From contig BFEA01000035.1 in the NCBI GenBank assembly GCA_003427395.1, forward strand, positions 3,078,330 to 3,142,329: a stretch of DNA of 64,000 nt, written 5' to 3'. Of this stretch, positions 38,670 through 52,357 are shown in pieces. The notes under the pieces are model-generated. The model was not told where the DNA came from. It saw nothing but the letters and a program-made list of their open reading frames with translations, and ran no database searches. How positions within the stretch are numbered: the first letter of the stretch is position 1; each line of letters opens with the position of its first letter. Both the position numbers and the translations under genes were made by a program. This DNA comes from Chara braunii (taxonomy: Eukaryota; Plantae; Charophyceae).

Positions 38670-40760
38670 AAAGCATAATAGTCCAATCATAGGGGTAATG
38701 CAAATATTATCTATTTCGCAGTCCGAGCAATTAGACCTATAAATGTGATAGTGATTAGCCATTATAAGTCCGACGCATCGTGCGGGTGCATATCTGTAGG
38801 AGGTCGAAGCGTATGATGAGAAGGTCGTTAATAGTCAACGATGACGTATGCTATCACCACCAATATAAGGACTTTCAGTGTACAAGTGCTCAGTCAAATA
38901 TTGAGCTTCTCTTATTATAACAACGCGGGTTAAGGCTCTCCGAGTCTCCTGAAGTGGTGTTCCAGATCCAAATAAACACCATCTGCGCTTCGGAAGTTCG
39001 ACCAACCTTTGGCGATATCTCGCGTTTGAAACCCAATGGAAGTAGAGCGTATCACTGTGAAGCTACTGAGAGCACCTCGAAACATTCAGACAATTTTTTG
39101 TCCTAGATTCAAAAGAAAATGACGCCCGCCTCTGACTATCCCAATGTAGCCAAGCCACTCGGTTGGCGTGCCATCGAAAACCATAGACAACCTTTTTGCC
39201 CAGATGATCCAGTTCACCTTCATAGTGTCCTTGGCAAGACGATATCTCGGAATGGTGAGATCGCGTTGCACGCCATCCATCTGTCCACAAAACAAGCATA
39301 TGAGTCATTGACGAGTTTCATAAGCTCACATTCGTCGAGTCGAAAAATCGACATATGAAAGTTTTTAGTTGCTAAGGGTTTGGTACGGAAAAATTAATTG
39401 ACTCGTTCCAACCCGATGTTGAGATATTGTGGCTTTGCCATTCACATAATGGCGGCTACCCTGGTTGGAAACAGGATGATAATCATGAGCCGAACCATCA
39501 TCTGAGAGAAAGAGCATAGAGTAAGGAAGATCAATTATTAGTCGAACAAGCAAATCGAATTACATTTACTGGCCTACGTAAAAAAATTAACCCATCAACA
39601 TCCGTTCAAGTATAGCTTGGTCCTGCTAATAGAAAGAGGACTTGTAAAACTCGTACATGAATGTATAAGTAACTCGCCGCCTGTACAGTGAGCTTAAATG
39701 TAGAAACAGTTGGACTATCAGTGTTAAAATTAAAAAAAAAAAAAATCTAGATTTTATCCTCGTCAAGCTTAGATATATCATATATCCATAAAAATAGAAA
39801 AGGTGAGACAAAATGTATCTACCTTATTAAGGAAAGAATAAACAAAATGCGTTGCCATTGGCGTAAATTGTGACTGACTGACGGCCTGATGGACGGTGGT
39901 CCTCGTAAGGTAAAACTTGTCACAAGCGTAAACTATAGTCCCGACTCTACCCCTTGCTATGATGTTGTCCTTTTCACTACGGTGCATGACTTACTGAACT
40001 GAACAAAACAGAAAGATTCATCCTCACCATCATTGTTAGAGTAGAAGCATGAGAGATGAAAAGGACTAACAAAAATAAGTCGACACATTAACCTAGCTGA
40101 AACCTTCCAATCCAAACATTGATATGAAGTTTTTAAGTCTCTAACAATCAGAGTCAAACAAGGTTTGAGAGCAAGAAAAGTCATCGTTATACCAAGATAC
40201 CAATATTTTTCACGATTGCCTTTCCCTTTTCACACACAAGTTTTTTTTTCTCAGAATCTGCATACAAAATCAAACCAAACAAACAAAAAAAAATCACAGC
40301 CCCACGATCAAGTCAAACATTCAGTTCACACTGAACACACAAATGAACATTCAATGAAAGACAGAGTCAAGCAAGTGTAGGTTCACACGGGCGCGAAGGG
40401 ATGCGAGTGCCTGAACTGGAACGGTGGTCCAAGGGTGAGTCTGGTCACCATCGAATGGACTCTTGGTGGAACGGACCACTTCGTGTTTGCAACTCTTTTT
40501 GACGAGTTATTATTGACCTTTAAGTGAATAAGTGAAGTGTCGATGTGCCTCCCTAAGAAATGACCAAGTAGTCATCGGAGGTAGGTAACTCAGTGTAGAA
40601 AGGAGATGCCGTCGATGCAGGAATCTCAACTGTCTGGTCAGCAACCCATCTGAAAACGCCGGTACCCAGCAGCACCTACCACGTTGCGTGAAAGCGGCAA
40701 AACCCTAGCAGGAGGTCCAGAAATACAGCTGGCTGCAGGATATCTAAAGCTGATAGGAGT

Positions 40761-40808
40761 GGACCCGGTTTCCAGCAGGCGCTGCTCCCCACCAATAGAT
40801 GGAGCTTG

Positions 40809-40854
<46 letters not shown>
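40761..40854 (+). mobile_element. Minimal non-LTR retroposon insertion (structured tail plus poly(A))
   Basis: TSD GATAGGAGT at 40752-40760 and 40855-40863. Confidence 0.85.
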
Positions 40855-40856
<2 letters not shown>

Positions 40857-42152
40857 TAGGAGTCCCTTGCTAGGTGCCATTCAGATATCCGAGGTCAAGT
40901 AGGCCCATCCCCGCTATTATCAGGGACAGACATATCATATCTAGCCTGGATGAGTTGGAATTTACTGCCCCATACATGAATTACTAACAAGAGCCTTGGG
41001 CACTGGGCCCTGATTTCCAACAAAAAAAAAACATAAAAAAAAAAGTAATAATAAAAATAAAAATAAAAATAAAAATAACGAGAGCACAACCAGACCCCAC
41101 CTATTTGGACCCCGAACGCATGTAACTGTCCGTTGCAAATCACAGACGCTCGTTTTCTTCACCATCCAGACAGGCACAGGATTTCTTCCATCCCAACAGG
41201 CCTGGTCTTACAGGTCCTGGCCCACGTGTCCAGGCTGGATGCATGTGCCCGCACATGCAGAATAAAAGTGAGACCTCCACATCCGACCCAGCCTTGTAGA
41301 CCTTATCAAGAAGATTGCACCCCCTCAAAACTTCATGAAAGTCCCAGTTTCCAGCCGGCGATAATCCCCACCACTAGATGGAATGGTCCGAAAAATTGTC
41401 TTCCTAGGGAGGGCTGCTCCTATCACCCTTCCTACGGCAGTAGGACAACGAACGGCCTTTTTGTATTTTTGGAGGAAAAAAAAAAAAAAAACGAGCCCGG
41501 GGCAAAATGGCGGCATGTCTGTCCCGTTTGCACAATCTCTGTGCCATGCCTCACTCTCTTACGTTTCGCTGAGCTATCATGTCGAATCCAAACTCTGCCC
41601 TCTCCTTGCCCACTACACAATGCACGTCCTGTCTGTCTGCGCTTATTGCTCTTCTACTATGGCTGTTTTGTGGCTGTGCCATGTTTGCACACAGCAATCT
41701 TCTTCTGTTCCCTGTTGGCCTTCTTTTCTTTTTTTTTTCTTTTTTCTTTTTTTTTTTTTCTTTTTTTTTGGCCTACTTACTAATCCCTGCTTCATATGGG
41801 TGTTATGTCTGTCTTTGCAGTTGCCCACTTTGCTTTGTGTATGCCCACATGGAATGGATGCAAGGGCATGAGTCAGCCATGGTTCTTATCACTTTCTTGC
41901 TCACTTCGCACGAAGATGGGAACTAGAACAACAAATGGCCAAAAAAAAANNNNNNNNNNNNNNNNNNNNNNNNNNNNNNNNNNNNNNNNNNNNNNNNNNN
42001 NNNNNNNNNNNNNNNNNNNNNNNNNNNNNNNNNNNNNNNNNNNNNNNNNNNNNNNNNNNNNNNNNNNNNNNNNNNNNNNNNNNNNNNNNNNNNNNNNNNN
42101 NNNNNNNNNNNNNNNNNNNNNNNNAAAAAAAAAAACGGAACTGTGAGGCCCG

Positions 42153-42346
42153 CTGACAGGAATCTTCTATTCTTTTGTTCTCTGCTTGTACTATCTGTAT
42201 AAGGGACGCTGGACCCGGTTTCCAGCAGGTGTTGCTCCCCACCAATAGACGGAGCCTCTTCCTATGTGGTAGTGGTGTCTGCTCCTATCAGCACCACTAA
42301 CATTGAAGGAGAGTTGTTTCAAAAAAAAAAAAAAAAAAAAAAAAAA
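42153..42346 (+). mobile_element. Same retroposon family, 5'-truncated copy with poly(A)
   Basis: Core at 42203-42255; TSD AGGCCCG. Confidence 0.8.
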
Positions 42347-42736
42347 GGCCCGGCCCTGGAGCTGTCTTCAGCCAAGAGCCATGAAAGCAGAGATAGAGTA
42401 AATACAATTAATTACTACCATAAATTATATTTAATTATTTGAATAGGATTGTGTGTGAATAAGGGCTCAATCTTATTACATTCTCTTTTATTGTGTCTAA
42501 TGAAATTCATTCTATTAAGATGGATGGATAAGTGGGAGGTACAGGCTGTCTGCCCCAGTCGCCCCTTGGGTGCAGAACCAACCAGCCTCCCTGCCCCCTT
42601 TTCGCATCAGGTCGGTCCACCTAAGAGACTGCTGGGAAGACTGGTACTCAGGTCCTGGTCACTAAATCGAAGGACTATCTGCAGCATAAAAGGGAGACTT
42701 AGCTACTCATGGTTTGCCAGGCGTCCTGCGCCGTCC

Positions 42737-43112
42737 GTCAATCCTCTGGGCTTCCAGGGTAATCAATGCTGGCAGGCAACTGCAAGAGTTCAATACGGAT
42801 GTGAGTTTGTAAAAGGGACGGTGGACCCGATTTCCAGCAGGTGCTGCACCCCACCAATAGATGGAGTGCCCCCCCCCCCCTCGTGATGCTAGAGGTGACT
42901 GCTCGTATCAGCACCCCTACCACCCAGACGGGTGTTATTATTTGTAACATAGGACATGCCTCAATTTGTTCTGCATATGTTTCTCCATATGTTCTCGAAT
43001 GGGACGCTGGGCCCGGCTCCCAGCACGTGCTGCTCCCCACCCACGAATAGATTTGGAGCATTGGAGCATTCCTCCCCCCCCCCCCCCCCAAAAAAAAAAA
43101 AGAAAAAAAAAA
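42737..43112 (+). mobile_element. Two further adjacent copies of the retroposon tail (cores 42815-42869 and 43001-43059)
   Basis: Shared core; the second copy has an A-tail and an imperfect TSD AGGAC(A/C)TG. Confidence 0.75.
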
Positions 43113-44557
43113 AGGACCTGTTTCCACCTCTCACCAAATCAATGTGCAAAACGAGAATGAATCCTCCGCAAGATTATGGAAAGATATGCTGCCATAATGT
43201 GTTTGCCTGTTGTGCATGTGGTGAGTGGTGAGTGGTGCAGCGAGGCCCATAGACGGATCCAGTGCAGGCAGTGAAAGTCGTAGCTTACAGTTCTGCGGAT
43301 GTTTTCCTCGATGCGGGGCCGGCCTTTGCAGTTCCATGTCCCACGCGTCCAACAACCCACAAGAAATGGGAGAACGACGTTCAAAAAATTGGGAAAAAAG
43401 TTTAAAAACAGGTGTGATTGGTCCATCAGTTCTTGACACGCTGCCATAAGGACACATTAGTGGGGTCTGCCGTGTGGTCCTCCTGTTGTCCATCCTCTCA
43501 GCCAATCCGTGTCAGAAACTGCCATCGTGATCTGGCAAAGGTGCACATTTGTCCAGCCTATAGAGGGCTGGTAGGCCTTCTCGGAGACCCCCCTCCGCCC
43601 CCCCCCCCCCCCCCCCTCCTCCCCCCCCCCTTCAGAACTGCCCTACAACAGCAGCGTTGGCTTCATAGGTCGGCGGGTCTGCCGTGTGGTCCTGCTGTTG
43701 TCGATCCTCCTCAGCCAATCGGCGCTGGCAATGCCATCATGACCTGGTGGCATGCACATTCGTCCAGCCTATTAAGTGCTACAAGTACTCAACAACCCTG
43801 CCGCCCGCCCAAATAGAAAGGGGCACGTGTGTGTGTGCGCTAAAGAAAAGGAAAAAAGGAAAAGAAACTGCCCTACATAAGCAGTGTTGGCTGTGTAAGA
43901 TCCGAGTATGCCCACCTATGTGACAGCCAAGCCCCACTACCGGTAGGGCTCCCCCCTTCAGTGTTTAGAAAATGCGAGGGCGTGTAAGGGTCCCACTTCA
44001 TCTACGGTCATGGAAACAATGAGGACTACCATCCCCTCTGCAGCACTGACGCACGTCCAAAACCCATCCACACATCCACACACGTCGTTCCCGGCTCTGC
44101 ACCTTGCCCACTAACAACCATGGGGACCTTAGGCCCAGCGTTCCCTCCAATTTCTCCACATCTTCTTAGGCCCTTAGGCCCCAATTTTCCTGAGTGTAGG
44201 CCCCAATTTTCCTGAGGGTCGGAAAGCTGGTCACCCTCAGTAAATGTCCACTGTCAGCATGTGATAAATGTTACATAACGAATAAATAAGTTAATAGCCA
44301 TGAGATTTCAAATTTCTGTTTCGAGCCCTAGAGCACTAATGTTTACCCGGGACTGAGACGGACCCATACTTGCATCCGACACATAACTGAACCTGGCCCA
44401 TGCTCGCGTCAGATACATGACTGCTCCTGATTCCACCATATTTGTATTGGATACGTAAGTGAACCTGAACCATATCTGTGACAGCTATGTCACCGTCCTC
44501 TATTTCATATATTTATGGTATGGATATATTTCACATGCTTCTTTTCTCACCTGCTCA

Positions 44558-44683
44558 GTCAATCCCCTGGGTGCAGGGTAATCAATGCTGGCAAGGATGC
44601 AGATGTATTCAGATGTTTAATTGTGCATTGGGACACTGTGCCCATTTTCCAGCAGGTGTTGCTCCCGACCAACAGATCGGAGT
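44558..44683 (+). mobile_element. Older copy of the retroposon tail
   Basis: CAGGGTAATCAATGCTGGCA plus a diverged core TTCCAGCAGGTGTTGCTCCC. Confidence 0.65.
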
Positions 44684-44812
44684 AACCAGGCAGTCTGCTA
44701 GGAGGGGGTGCTTTTTTTTTTTTTTTTTTTTTTTTAAGCTATGGTCTTCTCTCAATTTCACCTCACACTACCTACCTACCACTTATAATTGTAGGCACAC
44801 GAGGAACCCCGG

Positions 44813-47800
44813 TGTCGAGCGCATCGGTCCCCCTCGCAGGGTGGGACCCTCCCGACTGCGTCACGCAGGAGTTGGTCGACCTCGTCGCGAAATACACATG
44901 GAGCTTCCGCAAGCCGCTCCGGCCGAGAGTGCCAGCCATACCTCTCGCGAGCCCTACGACAGGGTAGGGCCTACGCGAGGCACGACTTTACCTCCACATG
45001 CGGGAGCTGTCACCTCCCTTCGGTGGGCGTATCCCCGCCGAGCTACCAGTCCACACTACGAAAGCTAATCAGTTGCAATCGCAGAGGTAGACCAATCGAG
45101 GGCATTTCTAGTTCGCTGTAGCACAAGGGGTACACACGGTTTTACGCCTCTATCGAACCCTCACGCAAATCGACGCACTGGGGGGTTGAAGTCCCAAGCA
45201 CGATTCGTCGTCGATCGACTATGACACATCCCACATACCACACGTTACACCACAATACTCACATCCACGGAACGACATCAAACAAACAACACAACAACGC
45301 TCCTAGCCCCTTTAATAATCATCCCATAACCTTCCGACGCGGAAATCGGATAGGCGACGCGCGCAAGGCTTAATATAAAACCGCGCGGACGCAGAGTCTT
45401 TCCATATCGACTAGCAGTGTAGGAATACGCAAGCAGTTGCAATGATGGCGTACTATGTAGTGCCCATAATCAAGCGGTCCCTCGTGGATCTGAGTACCGT
45501 TTATGACACTCAAGTGTCAATCTTGAAGTATCGTGAGGGTCGAGCCCTTCACGATATTGCATGTTGAAGGAACAGTCGTTTGGCCTCCGCGGCACCTTCG
45601 ACCCTTGGGCTGAGTGTCCTGGTGGACAGGGCAAATAGGCTTTGCGCGGGGGGTGATTCCTTATGCGCAGAGTCTCAGCCCTGAGATGTCCTGGATAAGA
45701 ACCTCGGATCCAGGTCAAAAACCAACGTCCGATTTTTTTTATTTTTATTTTTTTTAAACAACACTCCCTGTAGTGTTAGTGTTGTTGCTAAAAGCAGGCA
45801 CCACTAGGACCCGGGGAAAGGCTCCATCTATTTGTGGGGAGCGTCACCTGTTGGAAAACGGGTCCAACGTCTCTTACACACAGAAAAGCAGGAAAGTATC
45901 AGAAGGTACCACTGAGTAAGACACCTGCCAGCATTGATTACTCTGTTCTCCAGACGATTGACTGCGGAGGTTGCTAGTGAGAGAATCATTTTCATCCCAA
46001 CCCCAATAATCATTCCTTCCGCTCCATTCCATAGCGGTTGGCTTAAACTGAGAAAGATTGAGAAAGACATCTGCTAGCAAAAATTGCTCTGACTGTGGAG
46101 GTTGTTGGGAGCAAGAAAAACCTCTTCGCCCAACATCGGGCGCCAGATACCTACTTCAGAGAAACTAGCTCTCGCTCTCCCAAAAGACGTTTCCACCTCG
46201 CTCCCCGTAGACGTCGGCTTATGCTGTTCCATACCAATGCATGTCCATCATTTGAAGCAACATCCGACTAAGAACTTCAAGACGCAAAACGGTAAAATAA
46301 GGGGGGTTCCTTTCCTCTCTCAATCTTAACCCCAATTAAACTCTTAAGCGCGGAATCTTTAGATCACGCGAACATACAAACATAAGTATGTTTTTATATA
46401 TAAAGGGTTATAAATACATGACGATCATTTCTCACAATCAAAGTGAGACTCCGTATGTGTTCGCAGACAGTCACAGACAGTCAAATTCAAAGTCCGAACC
46501 ACAAACATATTTGCAATCATATCAAAGATTCAACCAAAAGTTCACGCACTACACAGGGTCAACTTCAACCATTCTCTGCGCTCACACCCCTCACTTTAGC
46601 CACACAAACCTCCACCTTAGCGTAGCCTTCCAACAATAAAGTACTTAACACCTTTGTTAAATGACCATTGAATAAAGTCTGGGTAAAAACACAATGAAAC
46701 AATTCAGACCACATGGCTAAAGTCTTTAGGTTGAGTGGCGAGAGTGAAGTGGAGTTGAGTCGTAAACCGACGAATCGGCAACCGACTTGTTATCAGTAAT
46801 AGCAGAAGATGATCCTCGTAGGATCAAGCTGAATTTAGCCCAAATACTTAATCAAACGATCAAGAGGACCTGTAACATAAAACAGACCAATCCCTAAGTT
46901 AGATCTCTATAAGTCAAATGGAGAATAGTCTCCATATCACATCTCACTCAAAGTCGTCATAATTAACTAAGTCTGAATCTACCCCTAAGCAAGTGTAAAA
47001 GGAAGGGTAGACCTTGACAGAATCTCCTCTATACAGAGTGGATTGCCAGAATCGCCACCTGTCAAAATGTAATCAATCTCCTCTACACTAAGAAAATTTC
47101 GACAGCGCTTCCCGTAGCAAAAGTGTCTTCTCAGAATTTATACAAGTTCAAATATGAAAACAAAAATAATCTTTAACACTAGAAAGTCAAATTTTATTCA
47201 ACTCCCTGAATTAGTAAAAATTTACTTATTTTAGAAAGCGGACTTCCCAGATTTATACTAAGTTAGATACGAATTCAAAAACAAAACTTGAGTTTAATTA
47301 AGTCAAAATTTGACTAACTCCTCGGATTTGCAAAAATTTCGGCAACGCTTTCTGTAGAGAAAGTAACTTACTAAGATTCATACAAAGCTAAGTACAAAAC
47401 ACAATGATCCGAGAAAATGAAAAAATTAATCTACGTACCAAAAGTCAGCTAAAAAAATGGAAGAATTGAACAAGCTCCTATCGCTCTAGCACATGACGGG
47501 CAACTAAAGCAACTACCTGTCAAACAGAAACTCCGACTAAGTAATAATATCACTTAACCAAATGCAAGACCAACCCACAAAAAGGCTCTCACTAACCCAA
47601 AGTTAACCTTGTCAAACAATAATTTGTAGTCTTTCAATGATTTATCCCTTATACCCAGCTTACATAAGGCATAAAACTAAACCATCCAATCTTATGGAAA
47701 CCTGTCTAGCTCAACCATTGAATATACACAACACATGACACTACAATTTTTCTCTTCCTTAGGCATACGACTGGGATGTGCAACATAACCGCACTGAATT

Positions 47801-49040
47801 GTTTAAGTATCCAAGTTATATATAATTGTTTGCTCGTAGTCTTTTAAGGTACCATATGAATAAACCGATCATTTTAGATCAAGGTTCAGCCTGCCCCCTT
47901 CTTACCATAAGTTTATTCTTAATTCCATACTCTCTTTAGTTGGTGATAAGCTATAGTCAGACCATCCAATCTTATGGAAAAATGTCTGATTAGCCTGTTC
48001 ATAAAATAAAAATAGTATAAAATATAAACAAAATTTAACCTTCATAAAATAAAAATAGTATAAAATATAAACAAAATTTAACCTTTTGGTTTCAGCATGT
48101 GCGTGGATCCAGACCGGACCTCCCAATCTTATGGGAACCTGTTCAGTCCTTCGCCAAATCCTCCCACAAAACAAAAAAAAATAAATTAATAAACATCAGA
48201 AAACTCAAATAAAATAAGACAACCAAGCCAGCTAATCTTATGGAAAAATGCTTGGTCCCTGAAAGTTAAACACAGATAGCCCTCGCAAGTCAAAGCAACC
48301 AGACCACCCAATCTTATAGGAACCCGTCTGGTCCTCCGGGCAATCGAAAATAAACCTAGCACTGGGTCCTCCAATCTTATGGAAACTCTCTCATCCTTTG
48401 CTTGACCCAGTCAAAAGCAAGCAATGCCACCTTCCTTCCACCTTCCCCCCCCCCAGATGCAAATCTTTCCACAATCTTCTTTCAATCAAACAATAAAAAC
48501 TGAAACTTAGCTTGTGCATGCCTTCCTTTACTTAAATTTGAGTTATGTTCTGAAAGTTAAACTAAGAAACAATAATGGGATGCATGCAATACACTCAGTT
48601 AAACTGTAGAAAAATACAAAGATAGGGGTTTATAACTAGATTTATAGAAGGAAGGTGAAATTCTACGTCAAATTCCCAACCTCCAGAACATCTCCTGAGT
48701 TTCGGCAGAGCTCCCTCAATCAGTGGGCAGACTCCCCATTAAGTCTTGCTACGGTCCTACGTGTGGCAATCCCGCCTGCCACGTTCCTCTCTGAACAGGA
48801 TTAGACTGAGATTAAGAAGGGCAAAAGGAGGAACTTCAGACACTCAGATCCAAGAAGGGTGCACTCTGACTCGCATGAGAGGGCCTTGAATCCTTGACAC
48901 GTCTGAAGACCCCACAATGATGCTCAGAACACAGCAGCATCTTCGTCACTATTAAGTCAAACCGCCGGCTTTTGATTCTCTGGCGACTTTCCAATTTGCA
49001 GTAATAACTCATTGTGAAAAGTTTGGCCACTCCTTCAAGC
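44813..49040. repeat. Left arm of a large diverged inverted repeat (unclassified repeat element)
   Basis: Collinear with the reverse complement of 55170-59121; starts TGTCGAGCGCATCGGT. Confidence 0.9.
45733..46257 (-). mobile_element. 525-bp copy of the retroposon inserted in the left inverted-repeat arm
   Basis: A-rich tail, core at 45821-45873, TSD CAAC(G/A)TCCGA at 45723 and 46258. The right arm has a single site. Confidence 0.85.
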
Positions 49041-51667
49041 CGATTTCAATCCCTCTTGTCAAAACGCTACTACACTGTCGTACTCAACTTACACCGCGCT
49101 TGCCCAGCCTAAAACAGTTGTCGAGGTAAGCACCCTGTCTAAATCTATGTGGTTTAGTCTTTTGAGATGGGCAATAAGATTACTGGTCGGATCAACCAGG
49201 CACAACGGTGTATTAGGTGGCCTTGAGGAGGAATAACGAAGTGGCACATAGGCATATCACGCTGACTAGCTTGTTAAAAGATATTGAGCGGTTGAGGGGC
49301 ATGAGGTGGGCTATTGAAATACAGCAAGACCTGGATCTTTGGGCTGCAGACGAACCTCATTTTCCGATGCTAGTTTCAACGACAACATGTAAGTTGTCCA
49401 CAAAGCCCAACACAGTCTGCTGTCCTCACTCACTTGACTTTCCGTGGACAACACCTACCTGCTCCTTGATGTCAAATTGCGAGATCACCACGCTCCCACC
49501 GTTCGCATGCAGGCAAAACCTGCACTGTCTCCCTTTACCCACGAAATATGTAGACTGATGATGGTTTTTCCGCTACAAGGGGAAAGGCACACCGGCTCTC
49601 TGTCGCACTCCTTTACTTGGCCGGCTCTGCACCGCGCAGACTCTCGTTCGTTAAAATGATCAAAAATTCGGACTGAATCTATCGCTAAAACTCAGGGAAG
49701 GTACATGCGCCAGGTAAGCACTCCTCAACTTTCTCTCCTTCTCTTCCTCACTCTCTCTAGTGAGCGCATGTGTGTTGCTCTTAGCCCAGGCCGAGTATGA
49801 CATGCATCGATTGTAGCATTTAAATATAGCGAGCGGCACAAATCTTTGGTTAAAGACTATCCACGACAGCCAACTCGACTGCGACGACTACCATGGCAAC
49901 CATAATTGTCAGCGATAAGAATAACGACTCAAAAAACAAACGACAAAACGGAACTCAGCGGAACGTCGCGTTGTCGGCAGAAGGTGCGCTACAGCGGCTC
50001 ACTCCGCTGCTCAGCAATTACGCAATAGAGAGGCTGCATCTTCCGTTAGAACAAGGTGCCCTGCTATCTAGCCCTTGCGCACAGAGAGAATGAGAGAAGT
50101 TGCTCCGCCCGTAAGATAAGGAAATTCGAAATGAATTTACCGCCTGAACATGGCTAGATATATGGGCACTTTGTTATCCTCCTAAGGCGTAACTTTTATT
50201 CTTCGCAGTGCCAAGTCCACTCCTTCATCGGGGAAATTGGCCATATCATCGAGGTCACAATATTTGATAACCCCCATTCTGTTTTTTAGTTTGCTCGACT
50301 CCATGCGGGATCAAGTAAGTTCTCCGTTCTCCAAATCCAGCCATATCTGCTTCCCGACGCCTTTGCGCAGTTCATTTTCTTACTAACCTCTAATCTACTA
50401 ACCTATGGCCAAAACTAACACTACCATTGGATTCGCCACCCTTCGAAACGTCCAAAACGACTCCTCCCTCGCTCATTTTCATAAGGAAACGAGCGAGATC
50501 TTCGTTTTTCCACACCGCCATATCTGCTTTCACGAAACTCCCGCGCACGATATTTTCTTAATAACTTCGTCAGAGTTCTTCTATACTAATCCATCACTCA
50601 AACTAATGACAAATTCGGATTCAACCGCCTCCAGAAGGACCAAAACCATAGAAACGCCTCGCTCCCTGCCTGATTCCATTCACGATCAGCTATGCCATGC
50701 ATTCACCTCCTTTCTTTCCTCCCGCTTCCTCTATAGCTCCGTGCAAACTCTTCCTTTTGTGCCCACTAACCTGCTCTATCATCCCCAAAACTAACTCCGT
50801 AATCGAACTTGCCCATGCCAAGAACCCCGACTCATCATCCTTCCACGCCCGTTTTCGTCTAGTGATGGGCAACCCGACGTTTCCTGTCTGCCTCTTCTTT
50901 CCCCTTACCATCTTTGCCTGCACCCCGACGCAATTCTCGATCGGATTCCTTCCTCTTTCCCTGCCCCTCTTTTCTTAGTCCTAACGCCTTCGGTCTCCTC
51001 TCGCTTCTTTTACTGCCAGTTCACGAGCGCCTTAGCGCAGCGGCCTCCTCCGCTGCTCCGGCCAGCCGCGGGGGATCTCCGGGAAGAGCCGGCATTAGGA
51101 CGATTCAATTAGTCTTCCCCTGTACGCAAATTCAGCAGACGACCGTAGCAATAGAAGTTGCTGCTCTCTGGCACAGTGTCGCGGACCCCTGTCGGGGACT
51201 AATGCACAACCTGCTGCGCGGGCCCAGGCAGAACGGGTCTTGATGTAAATCTTGATGGTAGTACCAAGGATTCAAATGAAAACTTTGATGTCCGACGTGG
51301 AGAAGGGTTCTACATGTGGGCTGCTGCAGCAGCCTTCCCACAGTGCCCCGGACCACTCCTTCCAGGCACTGCTCACCCCTCTCTCGGGTCCCGACGGGCA
51401 TGCACATACTCAAACTTCCATGGTCGATTCACGGCTGGCGGCCGGTACACCTGCAAAGGCCCGCACCACCCATGTTTATTTTTCGCCTCGTGGGTTGTTC
51501 TCTCTTTGGCTCGTATGCACGTTGAACTCCTCGATCAATGTTTCAAGACGGCGGAATACGTGAATTTTGCCAGCATCCCGAACATGCAGAAACCCGTAGG
51601 TCAACGAAAAAGAGGCCCGTGCTCAAGGCCCTTGACCGTCATTACGACCTCCAAATCCAGCGCCACG

Positions 51668-52357
51668 CTGTCGGTGTAAATACCCTTAGAAGGGTATCCG
51701 CCCTGGTTTTTGCAGGCAACAAAAAATAAGTTTGATTAAAAGTTTGAATATACCGCGCAAGTCGCGGCGATGTCCGTGATTTACGTTGGATGGGTGGCAG
51801 ACTAGTTTCAAGAGTGTCTGGGCGCGCGGACTTAAGGCACGCGTTATCTTTTTATTTTGTTGATGATCGAAGAGCCAGCGTGATCGCCGACCCAAATTTT
51901 ATCTCTAGTTAAACTAGGAAAAAAAAAAAATTTGTTTCTTGAGTGCCTATGACCTATGCGTACGTGCAGAGGACGGCGTCGACAACAATGTGATTTTGAA
52001 AACGTTTCGGTAAATCTGCGCGTCGTGCAATATTAGTTTATTTAGGTGTCCGTCAAAGCTAGACCCAGCTTTGGGCCTAGCACTAGCGGTTATAGCGTCG
52101 GACTTTCATCAAAGAGATTTAGGGATTAAGGTTGAGCGGCGACGACGCGGGGATATCAGAGTAGCGCGAAGGGACCGAGGGGTTAGGAACCCGGCAGGCC
52201 TATCCCCTGGGGTTTTGTTGTCGGCGGCGTCAGAACGGTGCCAGCGTTTTTTTTTTCCTCATTCGTCATATTTTGACGATTAAAAAGTTCTAATTTTTTT
52301 TTTTTTTTCTATTGTTGTATTATTATTATTTTGCTTTGACGTTCCCTGACCCAGACG
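51668..52357. repeat. Block whose inverted homologue lies at 59124-59812
   Basis: tcgacaacaatgtgattttgaaa and tttcttcattcgtcatatt-like runs are shared in reverse complement. Confidence 0.88.

Noticed and set aside
33770-40400. Coding-like fragments at 33770-34420 and 38700-39400
   Set aside because: Interrupted by stops, with no family motif I can name.
18271-42124. ORFs spanning the N gaps (18271-18383 and 41950-42124)
   Set aside because: Open only because of unknown bases.
42203-42255. Structured core as a pistol/HDV ribozyme, tRNA or PBS (contains CCACCA)
   Set aside because: It lacks pistol P2/P3, the HDV nested double pseudoknot and a cloverleaf, and no LTR is adjacent.
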